Assembly: GCA_963716255.1 (NCBI GenBank)
Contig: OY970303.1
Location: 4,672,001 to 4,736,000 of the forward strand
Reading direction: 5' to 3'
Length of the DNA: 64,000 nucleotides
Source: an uncultured Gemmatimonadales bacterium
Lineage (GTDB): Bacteria; Gemmatimonadota; Gemmatimonadetes; Longimicrobiales; Longimicrobiaceae
In this document: positions 27,972 through 38,375 of the stretch, one piece after another
Layout of the letters: each line of letters begins with the position of its first letter
Numbering within the stretch: the stretch's first letter is position 1
The notes under the pieces: generated by a model
What the model was told of the DNA's origin: nothing
Databases searched by the model: none
Seen by the model: the letters and a program-made list of their open reading frames with translations, nothing else
Program-made: the position numbers and the translations under genes

Positions 27972-29429
27972 ATGTCCGAAGGCCCGCAGTACACCTCGTG
28001 CGTGGACAAGGCGGCGTGGAAGTCCGTCCTCGCCACCATCGGCGCGGCGAACATCATCGTCGCAAGCGCGGCCATCGCGGCCATCGTGGCCGGCCTCGTC
28101 CTTCCCCCGGCGGCCCTGGTCGGCCTGGTGCTGGCCATCGCGACGGGCGCCCAGATCCTGCGCAAGGTCGCCGGCTGGCTGCTGGGCGGCAAGCTCATCT
28201 GCATGCAGAACGCGAAGCGCCGCGTCTACAGCGACCCGGACCCGGACCGGGTCTGCGTCCTGGGCACGATCCTCGATTTCGAGCAGGTGGGCGAGGACAA
28301 GAGCGGCTTCGGGCTGATCGACAACGACTTCGGGGTGAACCTCCTGCTCGCCCCGCTCACCACCGCCGACGTCGTTTCCGCCAAGGACCTCGCGACGCTC
28401 CGGTCGCTCGCGGAGAACGGCCCGCAGGGGGACCTCATCCAGAACCCGCAGCCGCCGGCCGTGGCCGCGGGCGATCCGCCCGCGCCTCCGGCGCTGGTGC
28501 GCAAGGACGACCCGACGAAGCTTTTCGGGCCCATGCCGGCCGGCTTCGCCGGCTACGAGCGCGGGCTGATGTTCTCCAAGAGCTTCCCGCGGGCCATCCC
28601 GGCGAACGCGTTCCGCGATCCGCGCCAGCTGGTCAAGGTGGACCCGGTGTTCCAGGCCCTGGCCGACGACGCCCGCGACGAATACCTGGCGCCGTTCCAG
28701 GGGCCGGGGCCGGTCATCGTCAACGGGCAGACGCTCACGGACGCGCAGAGGCAGGATCTCGTCGCCAAGGCCACCGCGGACCCGTTTTCCCAGCCGGTCA
28801 TCGTGGACGGCTTCGAAAAGGCGGTGGATGCGGCCTTCCACTTCGAGGAGAAGCGGGCGCCGGTGCTCCACTGCGAGTTCGAAGGCTCCCGCATCAAGGA
28901 CGTCTTCGACGTGCTCGACGTGGCCAGCTTCAACTGCGGCGGGGGATTCTTCGGCTTCCTCTGCGACCTCGTGAACATCGTGATCTCGATCTTCCTCGGC
29001 CTGCCGCTGCTGATCGCCGCGATCGTGGCCTGGGCCTCCGCGGACGACGGGGCGTTGTCCGACGCCTACGACGGCGCGAGCGGTGAGCTGCGCTGGGGCG
29101 ATCCGATCGTCGTGCGCGGTCGCTGGAGCTACGATGGCGGCCATTCCGGCTACAACGAGATCCACGCCGTGCGCACCGTGCAGAAGACGTTCCCGCCGCC
29201 GCAGGACCGCGACGCCTGGTGCGGCGAGCTGTCGAAGGTGCCGCCCAGTCCGCCGCCCGAGCGGGATCCGGTCGGCACGCCTTCGCCGCCGCCGCCGGCG
29301 CCCGCCGGGCAGCCGCCGATGAACGCGAGGCAGAAGGAAACTTGGGACGCGCAGCAGCGCGACGAGAACCGCTGGGTCTATCATCCCGCCGTCGACGGCT
29401 GCGTCCCGGCGGCCCACGCGGTCGGGTAG
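27972..29429 (+). CDS. Uncharacterised membrane protein, 485 aa
   Basis: 13 bp after previous stop; Ala/Ile-rich N-terminal hairpin, second hydrophobic segment, motifs LHCEFEGS and GRWSYDGGH..YNEIH. Confidence 0.8.
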   Translation: MSEGPQYTSCVDKAAWKSVLATIGAANIIVASAAIAAIVAGLVLPPAALVGLVLAIATGAQILRKVAGWLLGGKLICMQNAKRRVYSDPDPDRVCVLGTILDFEQVGEDKSGFGLIDNDFGVNLLLAPLTTADVVSAKDLATLRSLAENGPQGDLIQNPQPPAVAAGDPPAPPALVRKDDPTKLFGPMPAGFAGYERGLMFSKSFPRAIPANAFRDPRQLVKVDPVFQALADDARDEYLAPFQGPGPVIVNGQTLTDAQRQDLVAKATADPFSQPVIVDGFEKAVDAAFHFEEKRAPVLHCEFEGSRIKDVFDVLDVASFNCGGGFFGFLCDLVNIVISIFLGLPLLIAAIVAWASADDGALSDAYDGASGELRWGDPIVVRGRWSYDGGHSGYNEIHAVRTVQKTFPPPQDRDAWCGELSKVPPSPPPERDPVGTPSPPPPAPAGQPPMNARQKETWDAQQRDENRWVYHPAVDGCVPAAHAVG

Positions 29430-29640
29430 GCATCGTTTCCGATCGGGCTCCCCGGACGCGCTCCGTTGCCGCAGCGCACGAAAAGCTTGACGGGCCGGGG
29501 GGCCGCCAACACAGTTGTCCTGAACCAATCGCCCGCGGTCTCGCCGGCCCGGGCGTACGTGCCTGGTCCGGCGCGGCGGCGAGCGCTTCGGACCCGTCCG
29601 GCGGCTCTCCGTTCGCCGTCTTCCCGATCGCCGCTCCGCG

Positions 29641-32217
29641 ATGAACCTTCCCCGTCCCGTCCAGGACGCGGGCCCGCCGCCGACCGGCACGCCGGGGCGC
29701 GTCGTGCCCGCGCGGCTCTTCCCGCCCGCGCCCGCCGCCCCGCCGCGGCCGGACGTGGGCGGCAAGTTCCTGTTCGCGGGAGCGGAGAAGCTGTACCTGC
29801 GCGGGGTGACGTACGGCCCCTTCCGGCCGGACGCGGACGGGTGCGAGTACCGGACGCCCGCGGCGGCCGAGCGCGACTTCGCGCGGATGGCCGCGCACGG
29901 GATCAACTCCGTCCGCACCTACACGGTTCCCCCCCGCTGGCTCCTGGACGCCGCGCTCCGCCACGGCCTGCGGGTGATGGTGGGGCTGCCGTGGGAGCAG
30001 CACGTCACCTTCCTGGACGGCCGGCGGCGGGCGCGCTCCATCGAGGCGCGCGTCCGCGAGGGCGTGCGCGCGTGCGCCGGACACCCGGCGGTGCTCTGCT
30101 ACGCGGTGGGGAACGAGATCCCGGCGGGGATCGTCCGCTGGCACGGCGCGCGGCGGGTGGAGGAGTTCCTGGGGCGGCTGTACCGCGCGGCGCGGGAGGA
30201 GGACCCGGGCGGGCTGGTGACGTACGTCAACTACCCCTCCACCGAGTACCTGGACCTGTCCTTCGCGGACCTGCTCTGCTTCAACGTGTACCTGGAGCGG
30301 CAGGAGCGGCTGGAGGCGTACCTGGCGCGGCTGCACAACCTGGCGGGCGACCGGCCGCTGGTGCTGGCCGAGGTGGGGCTCGACTCCCGCCGCAACGGCG
30401 ACGCCGCCCAGGCGCAGTCGCTGGAGTGGCAGCTGCGCACGGCGTTCGCGAGCGGGTGCGCGGGCGCGTTCGCCTTCGCCTGGACGGACGCGTGGCACCG
30501 CGGCGGCCACGACATCGAGGACTGGGACTTCGGGCTGACGGACCGCGCGGGCGAGCCGAAGCCGGCGCTTTCCGCCGTGAGCGAGGTGTTCGCCGGGGTG
30601 CCCGTGCCCGCCGGCCGCGCCTGGCCGCGCGTGTCGGTGGTGGTGTGCGCCTACAACGCGGCGGGCACGCTGCACGACACCCTGCGGGGCGTGGAGGCGC
30701 TGCGGTACCCCGACTTCGAGGTCATCGTGGTGGACGACGGCTCCACCGACGCCACGGCCGAGATCGCCGCGGGGTACGGCTGCCGGCTGATCCGCACCCC
30801 GAACCGGGGTCTTTCCGCGGCGCGCAACACGGGGTGGCGCGAGGCCGCCGGCGAGATCGTGGCCTACATAGACGCCGACGCGCACCCGGACCCGGACTGG
30901 CTCACCTACCTGGCGCTGGACTTCGCCGCCACCGCGCACGCCGGCGTGGGCGGCCCCAACGTCCCCCCGCGGGACGCCCGCCTGGTGGCCGACTGCGTGG
31001 CCAACGCGCCGGGCGGACCCGTGCACGTGCTCCTCTCGGACCGCGAGGCCGAGCACATCCCCGGGTGCAACATGGCGTTCCGGCGCTCGGCGCTGGAGGC
31101 GCTGGGGGGCTTCGACCCGCAGTTCCGCACGGCCGGCGACGACGTGGACCTGTGCTGGCGCCTGCAGGACCAGGGCTGGACGCTGGGCTTCGCCCCGGCC
31201 GCCATGGTGTGGCACCACCGCCGGGCGACGGTGCGGGGGTACTGGCGGCAGCAGGTGGGGTACGGCCGTGCGGAGGCCATGCTGGAGCGCAAGTGGCCGG
31301 ACCGCTACAACGGGAGCGGACACGTGCAGTGGACGGGGCGCATCTACGGCGACGGGCTCCTGCAGCCGATCCTCCCGCCCCCGGGCCGCATCTACGGCGG
31401 GGTGTGGGGGACGGCGCCGTTCCAGCGGCTGTACCGCCCGGCGCCGGGGATGCTCCGCTCGCTCCCCCTCATGCCGGAGTGGTACCTGGGGATCGGCCTG
31501 CTGGCGGCGCTTTCCGTCGTGGGCCTCCTGTGGTCTCCCCTGCTGGCGGCGCTCCCGCTCGCGGGAATCGCGGCGCTGGCGCAGCTGGGGCAGGCGCTGC
31601 GGGGCGGCACGCGGGCCTGCTTCCGCAGGCCCATGCCTCCCACGGCGGTCGCGGCCCGGCGCGCCCTGACCTCGGGGCTGCACCTGCTGCAGCCGCTGGC
31701 CCGGCTGCGGGGGCGGCTGTCGCACGGCATCACGCCGTGGAGGCGGCGGGGGGTGCGGGGGCTGGCGCTGCCGGGTCCGCGGGTGCTGTCGGCGTGGAGC
31801 GAGAGGTGGCGCGACCCCGCGGACCGCCTGCGGGCGCTGGACGCGGCGCTCCGCGAGCACCGGGCGGTGGTGCGCCATGGCGGCGACACCGACCTGTGGG
31901 ACCTGGAGGTGCGCGACGGCACGCTGGGCTCGGTGCGGGTGCGCATGGCCGTGGAGGAGCACGGCGCGGGGCGGCAGCTGGTGCGTCTGCGCGCGTGGCC
32001 TCTCCCCTCGCCCGTGGTGCTCACCATGGCGCTCGGGCTCCTCCTGCTGGCGACGGGCGCCGCGGCGGACGGTGCGCGGGCGGCGGCGGCGGTCCTGGTC
32101 GTCGCGTCCGCGGCGCTGATGGTGCGCGCCTCCAACGACTGCGCGGCGGCGCTGGCGGCGCTCTACTGCGCGGCCGCGCGCACCGCTGCGGCCGACGCGC
32201 GCCGGCCGGACCGGTGA
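29641..32217 (+). CDS. GH-A clan TIM barrel fused to GT2 glycosyltransferase with C-terminal TM segments
   Basis: GVTYGPF, VRTY, GNEI, LAEVG; VVCAYN, VDDGSTD, ARNTG, YIDAD, GDDVD, QQVGYG. Confidence 0.88.
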   Translation: MNLPRPVQDAGPPPTGTPGRVVPARLFPPAPAAPPRPDVGGKFLFAGAEKLYLRGVTYGPFRPDADGCEYRTPAAAERDFARMAAHGINSVRTYTVPPRWLLDAALRHGLRVMVGLPWEQHVTFLDGRRRARSIEARVREGVRACAGHPAVLCYAVGNEIPAGIVRWHGARRVEEFLGRLYRAAREEDPGGLVTYVNYPSTEYLDLSFADLLCFNVYLERQERLEAYLARLHNLAGDRPLVLAEVGLDSRRNGDAAQAQSLEWQLRTAFASGCAGAFAFAWTDAWHRGGHDIEDWDFGLTDRAGEPKPALSAVSEVFAGVPVPAGRAWPRVSVVVCAYNAAGTLHDTLRGVEALRYPDFEVIVVDDGSTDATAEIAAGYGCRLIRTPNRGLSAARNTGWREAAGEIVAYIDADAHPDPDWLTYLALDFAATAHAGVGGPNVPPRDARLVADCVANAPGGPVHVLLSDREAEHIPGCNMAFRRSALEALGGFDPQFRTAGDDVDLCWRLQDQGWTLGFAPAAMVWHHRRATVRGYWRQQVGYGRAEAMLERKWPDRYNGSGHVQWTGRIYGDGLLQPILPPPGRIYGGVWGTAPFQRLYRPAPGMLRSLPLMPEWYLGIGLLAALSVVGLLWSPLLAALPLAGIAALAQLGQALRGGTRACFRRPMPPTAVAARRALTSGLHLLQPLARLRGRLSHGITPWRRRGVRGLALPGPRVLSAWSERWRDPADRLRALDAALREHRAVVRHGGDTDLWDLEVRDGTLGSVRVRMAVEEHGAGRQLVRLRAWPLPSPVVLTMALGLLLLATGAAADGARAAAAVLVVASAALMVRASNDCAAALAALYCAAARTAAADARRPDR

Positions 32218-33200
32218 GCGCCGCGTCGAGCCCGGCCGGGGGGCTCGTGTACCGGCCCTTCCGCGACGCGGACCTGCCCGGCGTGCTGCGCCTGTGGGAG
32301 GAGGAGTCCGGGTGGGGGGGGATCACCCCGGAGCGGTGGCGCAGGTGGTTCGTGGACCGCCCGGACGGCGCCTGCCTGGTGATGGTGGCGGAGGACGGCG
32401 ACGGGCGGGTGGCGGGGCAGCTGGTCTTCGCGCCCACCCGGGTGCGCATGGACGGCGAGGACGTGTCCGCGGTGCGGGTGGGCGCCCCCATCGTGGACCG
32501 CGTCCGGCGCCGCCGCTCCGTGCGCCACCCGGAGCACCCGGCCACGCGGCTCTACCGGGCGGGTGCGCGGGCGGCGGCCGAGCGGGGCTTCCGCCTCCTG
32601 TACGCCCTCCCCGATCACGGGTGGCTCCCCTTCTTCCGCTGGCTGGGCGGCTTCGCCGAGGCGGAGCTCGCCTGCCGGGGCGTGGACGCCGCGTCCGGCG
32701 CCGCCGCGGCGTCCGGCCTCGCCGCGGGGCTGCGGGCCGCTCCGTCCGCCGGCTTCGGCGCGGAGCACGACGCGCTGTGGGAGCGGGCGGCGAGCGCGTT
32801 TCCCGTATGCTGCGGGGTGGCGCGGGACGCGGCCCGCCTGCGCCACCGCATCGGCGGGCACCTGGTGCTGGAGGCGCGCGAGGAGGCGGGCGGCGCGCTG
32901 GCGGGCTACGCCGCCGTGAACCGGCGCACGGGCCTGCTGGTGGACGTGCTGGCCCGCGCCCCGGCGGAGCTCGCCCCGGTGCTGGCCGCGTCCCTTGCGT
33001 GGCTCGCGGAAGCGCCGGCGGACGAGCCCGCACCGCGCGAGCTGAAGGCGATGGACACCCCCGCGCTCCGCCCCGCCCTGGACGCCCTGGGCTTCGCGCC
33101 GGTGGACTACCGCTTCGCCTTCGCCTGCACCCCGCTGGACCCGTCGCTCGCCGCGGACCGGATCCACCCGGCGCGCTGGTACCTGACCCCCGGCGACTGA
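32214..33200 (+). CDS. GNAT-fold acyltransferase
   Basis: GTGA overlap; YRPF...DLPGVLRLW, VAGQ, terminal WYLTPGD; paralogous to 33394-34383. Confidence 0.75.
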   Translation: MSAASSPAGGLVYRPFRDADLPGVLRLWEEESGWGGITPERWRRWFVDRPDGACLVMVAEDGDGRVAGQLVFAPTRVRMDGEDVSAVRVGAPIVDRVRRRRSVRHPEHPATRLYRAGARAAAERGFRLLYALPDHGWLPFFRWLGGFAEAELACRGVDAASGAAAASGLAAGLRAAPSAGFGAEHDALWERAASAFPVCCGVARDAARLRHRIGGHLVLEAREEAGGALAGYAAVNRRTGLLVDVLARAPAELAPVLAASLAWLAEAPADEPAPRELKAMDTPALRPALDALGFAPVDYRFAFACTPLDPSLAADRIHPARWYLTPGD

Positions 33201-33239
33201 GCCGGGGCGGGGACCCCCGCGGACGCCAGCGCGAGCCCC

Positions 33240-33387
33240 GCGTGAGGGATTTCGGCCCGAAGGGGCGAGACCCGGCGGGGCACCTCAGTTCAGAGGTGCT
33301 GCCGCCGGGGCTCGACTCCGTTAGCGAGCGTTGTTTGCTCGCTTACGGAGCCGAAGCCCGACCCCGGCGCCAGCCGGGGGCACGCCC
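33240..33387 (+). ncRNA. Structured dispersed element, copy 4 (extended first variable stem)
   Basis: CCCGGCGG-GGCACCTC-AGTTCA-GAGGTGCT-GCCGCCGGG then CTCCGT-T-AGCGAGC-GTTGTTT-GCTCGCT-T-ACGGAG; same conserved frame. Confidence 0.6.
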
Positions 33388-33393
33388 AAACCC

Positions 33394-34383
33394 ATGTCCA
33401 CGACACGAATGCGCCTCACCTACCGGATGTTCGAGGAGGACGACTTCCCGGGGCTCCAGCGCCTGTGGGAGGACGCCACCGGGTGGGGAGGGCTCACCGC
33501 GGAGGTGTGGCGGCGCTACCGCGACCAGGGCCCGCTGGGCGGCATGGCGTGCGCGGTGGCCCAGGAGCGCGATTCGGGGAAGATCGTGGGTCAGTTCGCG
33601 TTCATCCCCTCGCTGGTGTCGGTGGACGGCAGGGCGGTGCGGGCCTTCCGCCCGGCCGCGCCCATCGTGGGGAGGGAGGCGCGCTGGGCGGGCCTGAACC
33701 CGGTGCGCCACCCCGTCGCCATGATGTACGGGACGGCGGTGCGCGCGCTCCGCGACCGCGGCGACGGGCTCGTCTACATGCTCCCGGACCCGCGCTGGCT
33801 GCGCTTCTTCCGCATGTTCCCGCGCCTGGTGTGCGGCTCCTTTCCGCTCTGGCGGATGCCGCTACCCCTGGCGGCGCCCCTGCCGCTCCCCGCCGGCTAC
33901 GCCGCCGCTCCGCTGGCGGAGCTGGACGGGCGCACGGACCGGCTGTGGGAGGCGGCGTCGCGCCTGCACGGGTGCTCGGTGGTGCGCGACGCGGCGGCGC
34001 TGGCGTGGAAGACGGGCGACGCCGCCTACGACGTGCTGGGGGTGGAGCACGGGGGCGAGCTGGTGGCGGTGGTGACCGCGCGGCCCAAGGGCGACCGCCA
34101 GTACCTGGTGTGCGACGTCCTGTTCGCGGATCCGGGCGAGCCGCTGCGCGCCGCGCTGGCCGCCGCGTGCAACCTGGCCGGGGAGCGCGCCCGCGCCGCG
34201 CCGCCGGAGCGCCCCATCGCCAAGGCCGCCGCGCTGGTGACGCCGGCGATGGAGCCCGCGGCGCGGGCGCTGGGGATGGAGCGCGACCGCTACGACTTTC
34301 CCCTGGTGATCGACGTGCTGGCGCCGTCCATCACCCGCGAGCAGGTGGCGCCCGCGCGGTGGTACGTCAGTGCCAACGACTGA
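33394..34383 (+). CDS. GNAT-fold acyltransferase paralogue
   Basis: YRMFEEDDFPGLQRLW, IVGQ, terminal WYVSAND; start could be 33409. Confidence 0.75.
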   Translation: MSTTRMRLTYRMFEEDDFPGLQRLWEDATGWGGLTAEVWRRYRDQGPLGGMACAVAQERDSGKIVGQFAFIPSLVSVDGRAVRAFRPAAPIVGREARWAGLNPVRHPVAMMYGTAVRALRDRGDGLVYMLPDPRWLRFFRMFPRLVCGSFPLWRMPLPLAAPLPLPAGYAAAPLAELDGRTDRLWEAASRLHGCSVVRDAAALAWKTGDAAYDVLGVEHGGELVAVVTARPKGDRQYLVCDVLFADPGEPLRAALAAACNLAGERARAAPPERPIAKAAALVTPAMEPAARALGMERDRYDFPLVIDVLAPSITREQVAPARWYVSAND

Positions 34384-35575
34384 CGGGCGGCTGCGGATCG
34401 TGGTGGGCGGGTACCTGGGGCTCGCGCCGGCCGGGGGGCTGGCGTGGGACTACCTCCACTACCCGCTGGGCTTCGCGGCGCTGGGGCACGACGTGTTCTA
34501 CGTGGAGGACACGGGGCTCTGGCCCGTCTACCAGGCCGGCGGCGGCGGGGCGGACTGCGCGGCCAGCGTGGCCTTCCTGGCCGCGGCGATGGAGGGGGTG
34601 GGGCTGGGGGAGCGCTGGGCGTACCGCGACGAGGTGTCGGGGCGCTGGTGCGGGATGGCGGAGGCGCGCGCGCGCGAGGTCTGCCGCACCGCGGACGTCC
34701 TGGTCAACCTGTCGTGCGCCAGCGTGCTGCGCGACGAGCACGCGTCCGTCCCCGCGCGCATCCTGGTGGACACGGACCCCATGTTCACGCAGATCCAGTA
34801 CGCGGAGGCGGGGGAGGGGTTCACGCCGGGAGGGTCGGGGATCCGGGCGCTGGTGGCGGGGCACACGCACCACTTCACCTTCGGCGAGAGCGTGGGCGGG
34901 GAGGGGTGCCGCATCCCGGCGTGCGGGGTGGAGTGGCGCCCCACGCGCCAGCCGATCTTTCTTCCCGAGTGGCCGGCCGTGGAGCTTCCGTCGGACGCGG
35001 GCGCGGCGTTCACCACGCTGATGAACTGGACCGCGGGGCGGCCGCTCCGCCACGCGGGCGAGACGTGGGGGCAGAAGGACGTGGAGTTCCTGCGCTTCGC
35101 AGGGCTCCCGCGCCGCGTCCCCGGCCTCCCGCTGGCCGTGGCGGTGGGGCAGACGGGCGGGGCGGGGGAGCCCTTTCCGGCGGAGATGGCGCGGTCGCGG
35201 GGGTGGCGTGTGCTGGACCCGGCCGTCTGCGCGCCGGACCCGGCGCGGTACCGCGCGTTCATCCGGGCGTCGCGCGGGGAGTTCTCCGTCGCCAAGGAAA
35301 CGTACGTCAAGGCGGGGACCGGCTGGTTCTCGGGCCGCTCCGCCAGCTACCTCGCCTCGGGGCGGCCGGTGGTGGCGCAGGACACCGGCTGGAGCCGCCA
35401 CGTCCCGGCCGGCGAGGGGTGCTTCGCCTTCCGCACCGCGGACGAGGCGGCCGCGGCGCTGGAGGCGGTCGCCGCCGACCCGGCGCGCCACGCCCGCGCC
35501 GCCCGCCGCATCGCGGAGGAGCACTTCGACAGCGGCGCCGTCCTCGGCCGCCTCCTGGCCGGCGCGGGAGCGTGA
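34370..35575 (+). CDS. Putative GT-B glycosyltransferase-like protein
   Basis: GGLAW.YLHY.LG...LGHDV.YVED, DTDP.FTQ, EFSVAK, GWFS.R...YLASGRP...QDTG; paralogue at 38376. Confidence 0.7.
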   Translation: MPTTDGRLRIVVGGYLGLAPAGGLAWDYLHYPLGFAALGHDVFYVEDTGLWPVYQAGGGGADCAASVAFLAAAMEGVGLGERWAYRDEVSGRWCGMAEARAREVCRTADVLVNLSCASVLRDEHASVPARILVDTDPMFTQIQYAEAGEGFTPGGSGIRALVAGHTHHFTFGESVGGEGCRIPACGVEWRPTRQPIFLPEWPAVELPSDAGAAFTTLMNWTAGRPLRHAGETWGQKDVEFLRFAGLPRRVPGLPLAVAVGQTGGAGEPFPAEMARSRGWRVLDPAVCAPDPARYRAFIRASRGEFSVAKETYVKAGTGWFSGRSASYLASGRPVVAQDTGWSRHVPAGEGCFAFRTADEAAAALEAVAADPARHARAARRIAEEHFDSGAVLGRLLAGAGA

Positions 35576-35636
35576 GCGGGGCCGTTCGTCGCGAAAGGGA
35601 AGTTCCGAGGATCCATTCCACCACCAGGGGTGCCCC

Positions 35637-35897
35637 ATGTACGACGAGCTTACGCAGCGCGTGATCGACCACATCGCCCGGACGCACTCCATCCCCGCCG
35701 ACGCGGTCACGCCGGCGAGCACCTTCGAGGAGCTGGACATCGACTCGCTGGGCGCGATGAGCCTGGTGGCCGACCTGGAGATCGAGCTGGGGGTGGACGT
35801 CCCCAACGAGGAGCTGCTGAAGCTGAAGACGGTGGGGCAGGCGATCGACAGCCTGGCCCGCGTGCTGGCCGAAGCCGGCGCCGCGCCGCAGGGGTGA
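35637..35897 (+). CDS. Acyl carrier protein (NodF-like)
   Basis: 86 aa acidic protein with IDSL phosphopantetheine motif; coupled to KS by GTGA. Confidence 0.9.
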   Translation: MYDELTQRVIDHIARTHSIPADAVTPASTFEELDIDSLGAMSLVADLEIELGVDVPNEELLKLKTVGQAIDSLARVLAEAGAAPQG

Positions 35898-37119
35898 GCG
35901 TGGGCGCGCGGCGGGTGGCCGTCACCGGGGTGGGCGCCGTCTCGGCGCTGGGCGCGGACGCGGCGGGGCTGTGGGCGTCGCTCGCCGCCGGGCGCCCGGG
36001 GATCGGGCCCATCGAGTCCGTGGACTGCAGCGCGCTCCGCTTCGCGAACGGCGCGGAGGTGCGCGGCTTCGACCCGGCCGCGCACTTCGAGCGCAAGCAG
36101 GCGGAGCTGATGGACCGCTTTGCCCAGTTCGCGGTGGTGGCCGCGCGCGAGGCGGTGGCGGCGGCCGGGGTGGAGTGGACCCCGGAGCTGCGCGAGACGG
36201 TCGCGGTGGTCACCGGCTCGGGGGTGGGGGGGCAGATCTCGGAGGAGCGGGTGTTCGTGGACAGCTACTTTACCGACGCCGGCCGGACGCACCCGCTGTC
36301 GATCCCGCGCGCGATGATGAATGCGGCGACGAGCCAGGTCACCATGGACCTGGGCGTGCACGGGCCGGCGTTCACCGTCTCCACCGCCTGTTCGTCGTCC
36401 AACCACGCCATCGGGCAGGCGTTCTGGATGGTGCGCTCGGGAGCCGCGGAGATGGCGGTGGCCGGCGGGGCGGAGGCGCCCTTCGCGCTGGGGCACCTGA
36501 AGAGCTGGAGCGCCCTGCGCGCCGTCGCTCCCGACACCTGCCGTCCCTTCTCGCTGGACCGCAGGGGGATGGTGCTGGGCGAGGGCGCGGCGATGCTGGT
36601 GCTGGAGCCGCTGGAGGCGGCGCGCGCCCGCGGGGCCCCGGTGCTGGCGGAGCTGGTGGGCTTCGGCATGTCGGCCGACGCCGGCCACGTCACGGCGCCC
36701 GCGGCCGCGGGTGCTGCGCGCGCGGTGCGGGCGGCGCTGCGCGACGCGGATCTCGCGCCGGAGCGGGTGCAGTACGTCAACGCGCACGGCACCGGGACCG
36801 CCGTGAACGATCCCATGGAGACGGCCGCCATCCGCGCGGTCTTCGGCGCGCACGCCGACCGGCTGGCGGTGAGCGCCACCAAGTCCATGCACGGCCACGC
36901 CCTGGGCGCGTCCGGGGCGCTGGAGGCGGTGGCCACGGTGCTGGCGCTCCGCCACGGCCTCCTGCCCCCACGGCAAACTTCACCGCGCCCGACCCCGAGT
37001 GCGACCTGGACGTCGTCCCCAACCAGGCGCGCGCGGCGCAGGTGGAGCACGCCATCTCCAACTCCTTCGCCTTCGGCGGGCTGAACGCGGTGCTGGCGTT
37101 CCGCAGGGGCGACGCGTGA
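35894..37119 (+). pseudogene. Beta-ketoacyl-ACP synthase (FabF/NodE-like) with a single-base frameshift near 36965-36969
   Basis: [26 protein letters not shown] in the 35630 frame; conserved tail [13 protein letters not shown]...SNSFAFGG lies in the 35971 frame. One extra C in the C5 run restores it. May be a sequencing error. Confidence 0.8.
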
Positions 37120-37724
37120 CGGCGGCCGAGCAGCTCCCGCTCTTCCACCCGCTGGTCCCCGGCGCCTCGCTCCCGGGAGACTGGTTTCCCGGCGCGGTCC
37201 CCGCCAACATCGAGGTGGGCGAGGGGACGGTGATCGACTCGTCGTTCTGCTTCAAGCACTTCTTCCCCGCCGGCCGGATCGGGCTGCGGGTGGGGCGCGG
37301 GGTGACGTTCTGGCGCACCTCGCTGGCGGCGGAGGAAAACGGCCTGATCGAGATCGGCGACTTCTGCTACCTCGCCAACGCGTCGCTGGCGTGCACGGAG
37401 CGGATCACGCTGGGGTCGCACGTGGTGGTGGCGGGCGGCGTCACCGTCGTGGACTCGGACTTCCACCCGCTCTCCCCCGCCGGGCGCCTGGCCGACACGG
37501 TGGCCCTCTCCCCCCGCGGCGACCGGAGCCGGCGCCCCGCCTTCGACGTGCGCCCCGTGGTGGTGGAGGACGACGTGTGGATCGGGTACAACGCCACCAT
37601 CCTCAAGGGCGTGACGGTCGGCGCGGGCGCGATCGTGGCGCCCGGGGCGGTGGTGGTGCGCGACGTCGCCCCCGGCGCCCACGTGGCCGGCAACCCCGCG
37701 CGCCCGGTGGAGGAGGGGCAGTGA
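37116..37724 (+). CDS. Left-handed beta-helix (hexapeptide) acyltransferase
   Basis: [34 protein letters not shown]....VAGNPA. Confidence 0.88.
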   Translation: MTAAEQLPLFHPLVPGASLPGDWFPGAVPANIEVGEGTVIDSSFCFKHFFPAGRIGLRVGRGVTFWRTSLAAEENGLIEIGDFCYLANASLACTERITLGSHVVVAGGVTVVDSDFHPLSPAGRLADTVALSPRGDRSRRPAFDVRPVVVEDDVWIGYNATILKGVTVGAGAIVAPGAVVVRDVAPGAHVAGNPARPVEEGQ

Positions 37725-38365
37725 GCGCGCCGGTGCGTCCGCCGCTGCGCCTGGAGCACGACTGGTTCCCCCGCGGCGTCCCCGGGAACGTGGCGCTGGG
37801 CGAGGACGTGTACCTGGACAGCGCCTACGGATTCGCCGCGTTCCACTCGGAGCGCGACCCGGGCGCCGTGCTGGGGGACGCGTGCGGCGCGTACGACCGC
37901 GCCACCCTGGTCGTGGGCCCCGAAGGGCGGGTGACGGTGGGGCCGTACACGGTGCTGAACGGCGTGTACCTGGTGTGCAGCGGCCGCATCTCCATCGGCG
38001 CGCACTGCCTGCTCGCCTGGGGCGCGGTGCTGACGGATTCGTGGAGCCCGGCCGGAATGCCCGTCGAGGCGCGCCGCGCCGCCCTGCGCGCGGCGGCGGC
38101 GGACCCGCGGCGCGTCTTCCCCGCGGCCGGCGAGCCGCGCCCGGTGACGCTGGAGGACAACGTGTGGGTGGGGTTCGACTCGGTGATCCTCCCGGGCGTG
38201 ACGCTGGGGCGCGGGTGCGTGGTCGGGTGCAGGACCGTGGTCGGCGCGGACGTCGCGCCATACGCCGTGGTCGCCGGGAGCCCCGCCCGCGTCCTCCGCG
38301 TGCTGGATCCGGACGATGGCGACGAGGTCCGCCGCCGCGCGCTCGTGGAGCGCGTCCACGCGTGA
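37721..38365 (+). CDS. Left-handed beta-helix acyltransferase paralogue
   Basis: [23 protein letters not shown]...[14 protein letters not shown]; shares DWFP..VP.N with previous gene. Confidence 0.85.
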   Translation: MSAPVRPPLRLEHDWFPRGVPGNVALGEDVYLDSAYGFAAFHSERDPGAVLGDACGAYDRATLVVGPEGRVTVGPYTVLNGVYLVCSGRISIGAHCLLAWGAVLTDSWSPAGMPVEARRAALRAAAADPRRVFPAAGEPRPVTLEDNVWVGFDSVILPGVTLGRGCVVGCRTVVGADVAPYAVVAGSPARVLRVLDPDDGDEVRRRALVERVHA

Positions 38366-38375
38366 GCCTCCGGGC

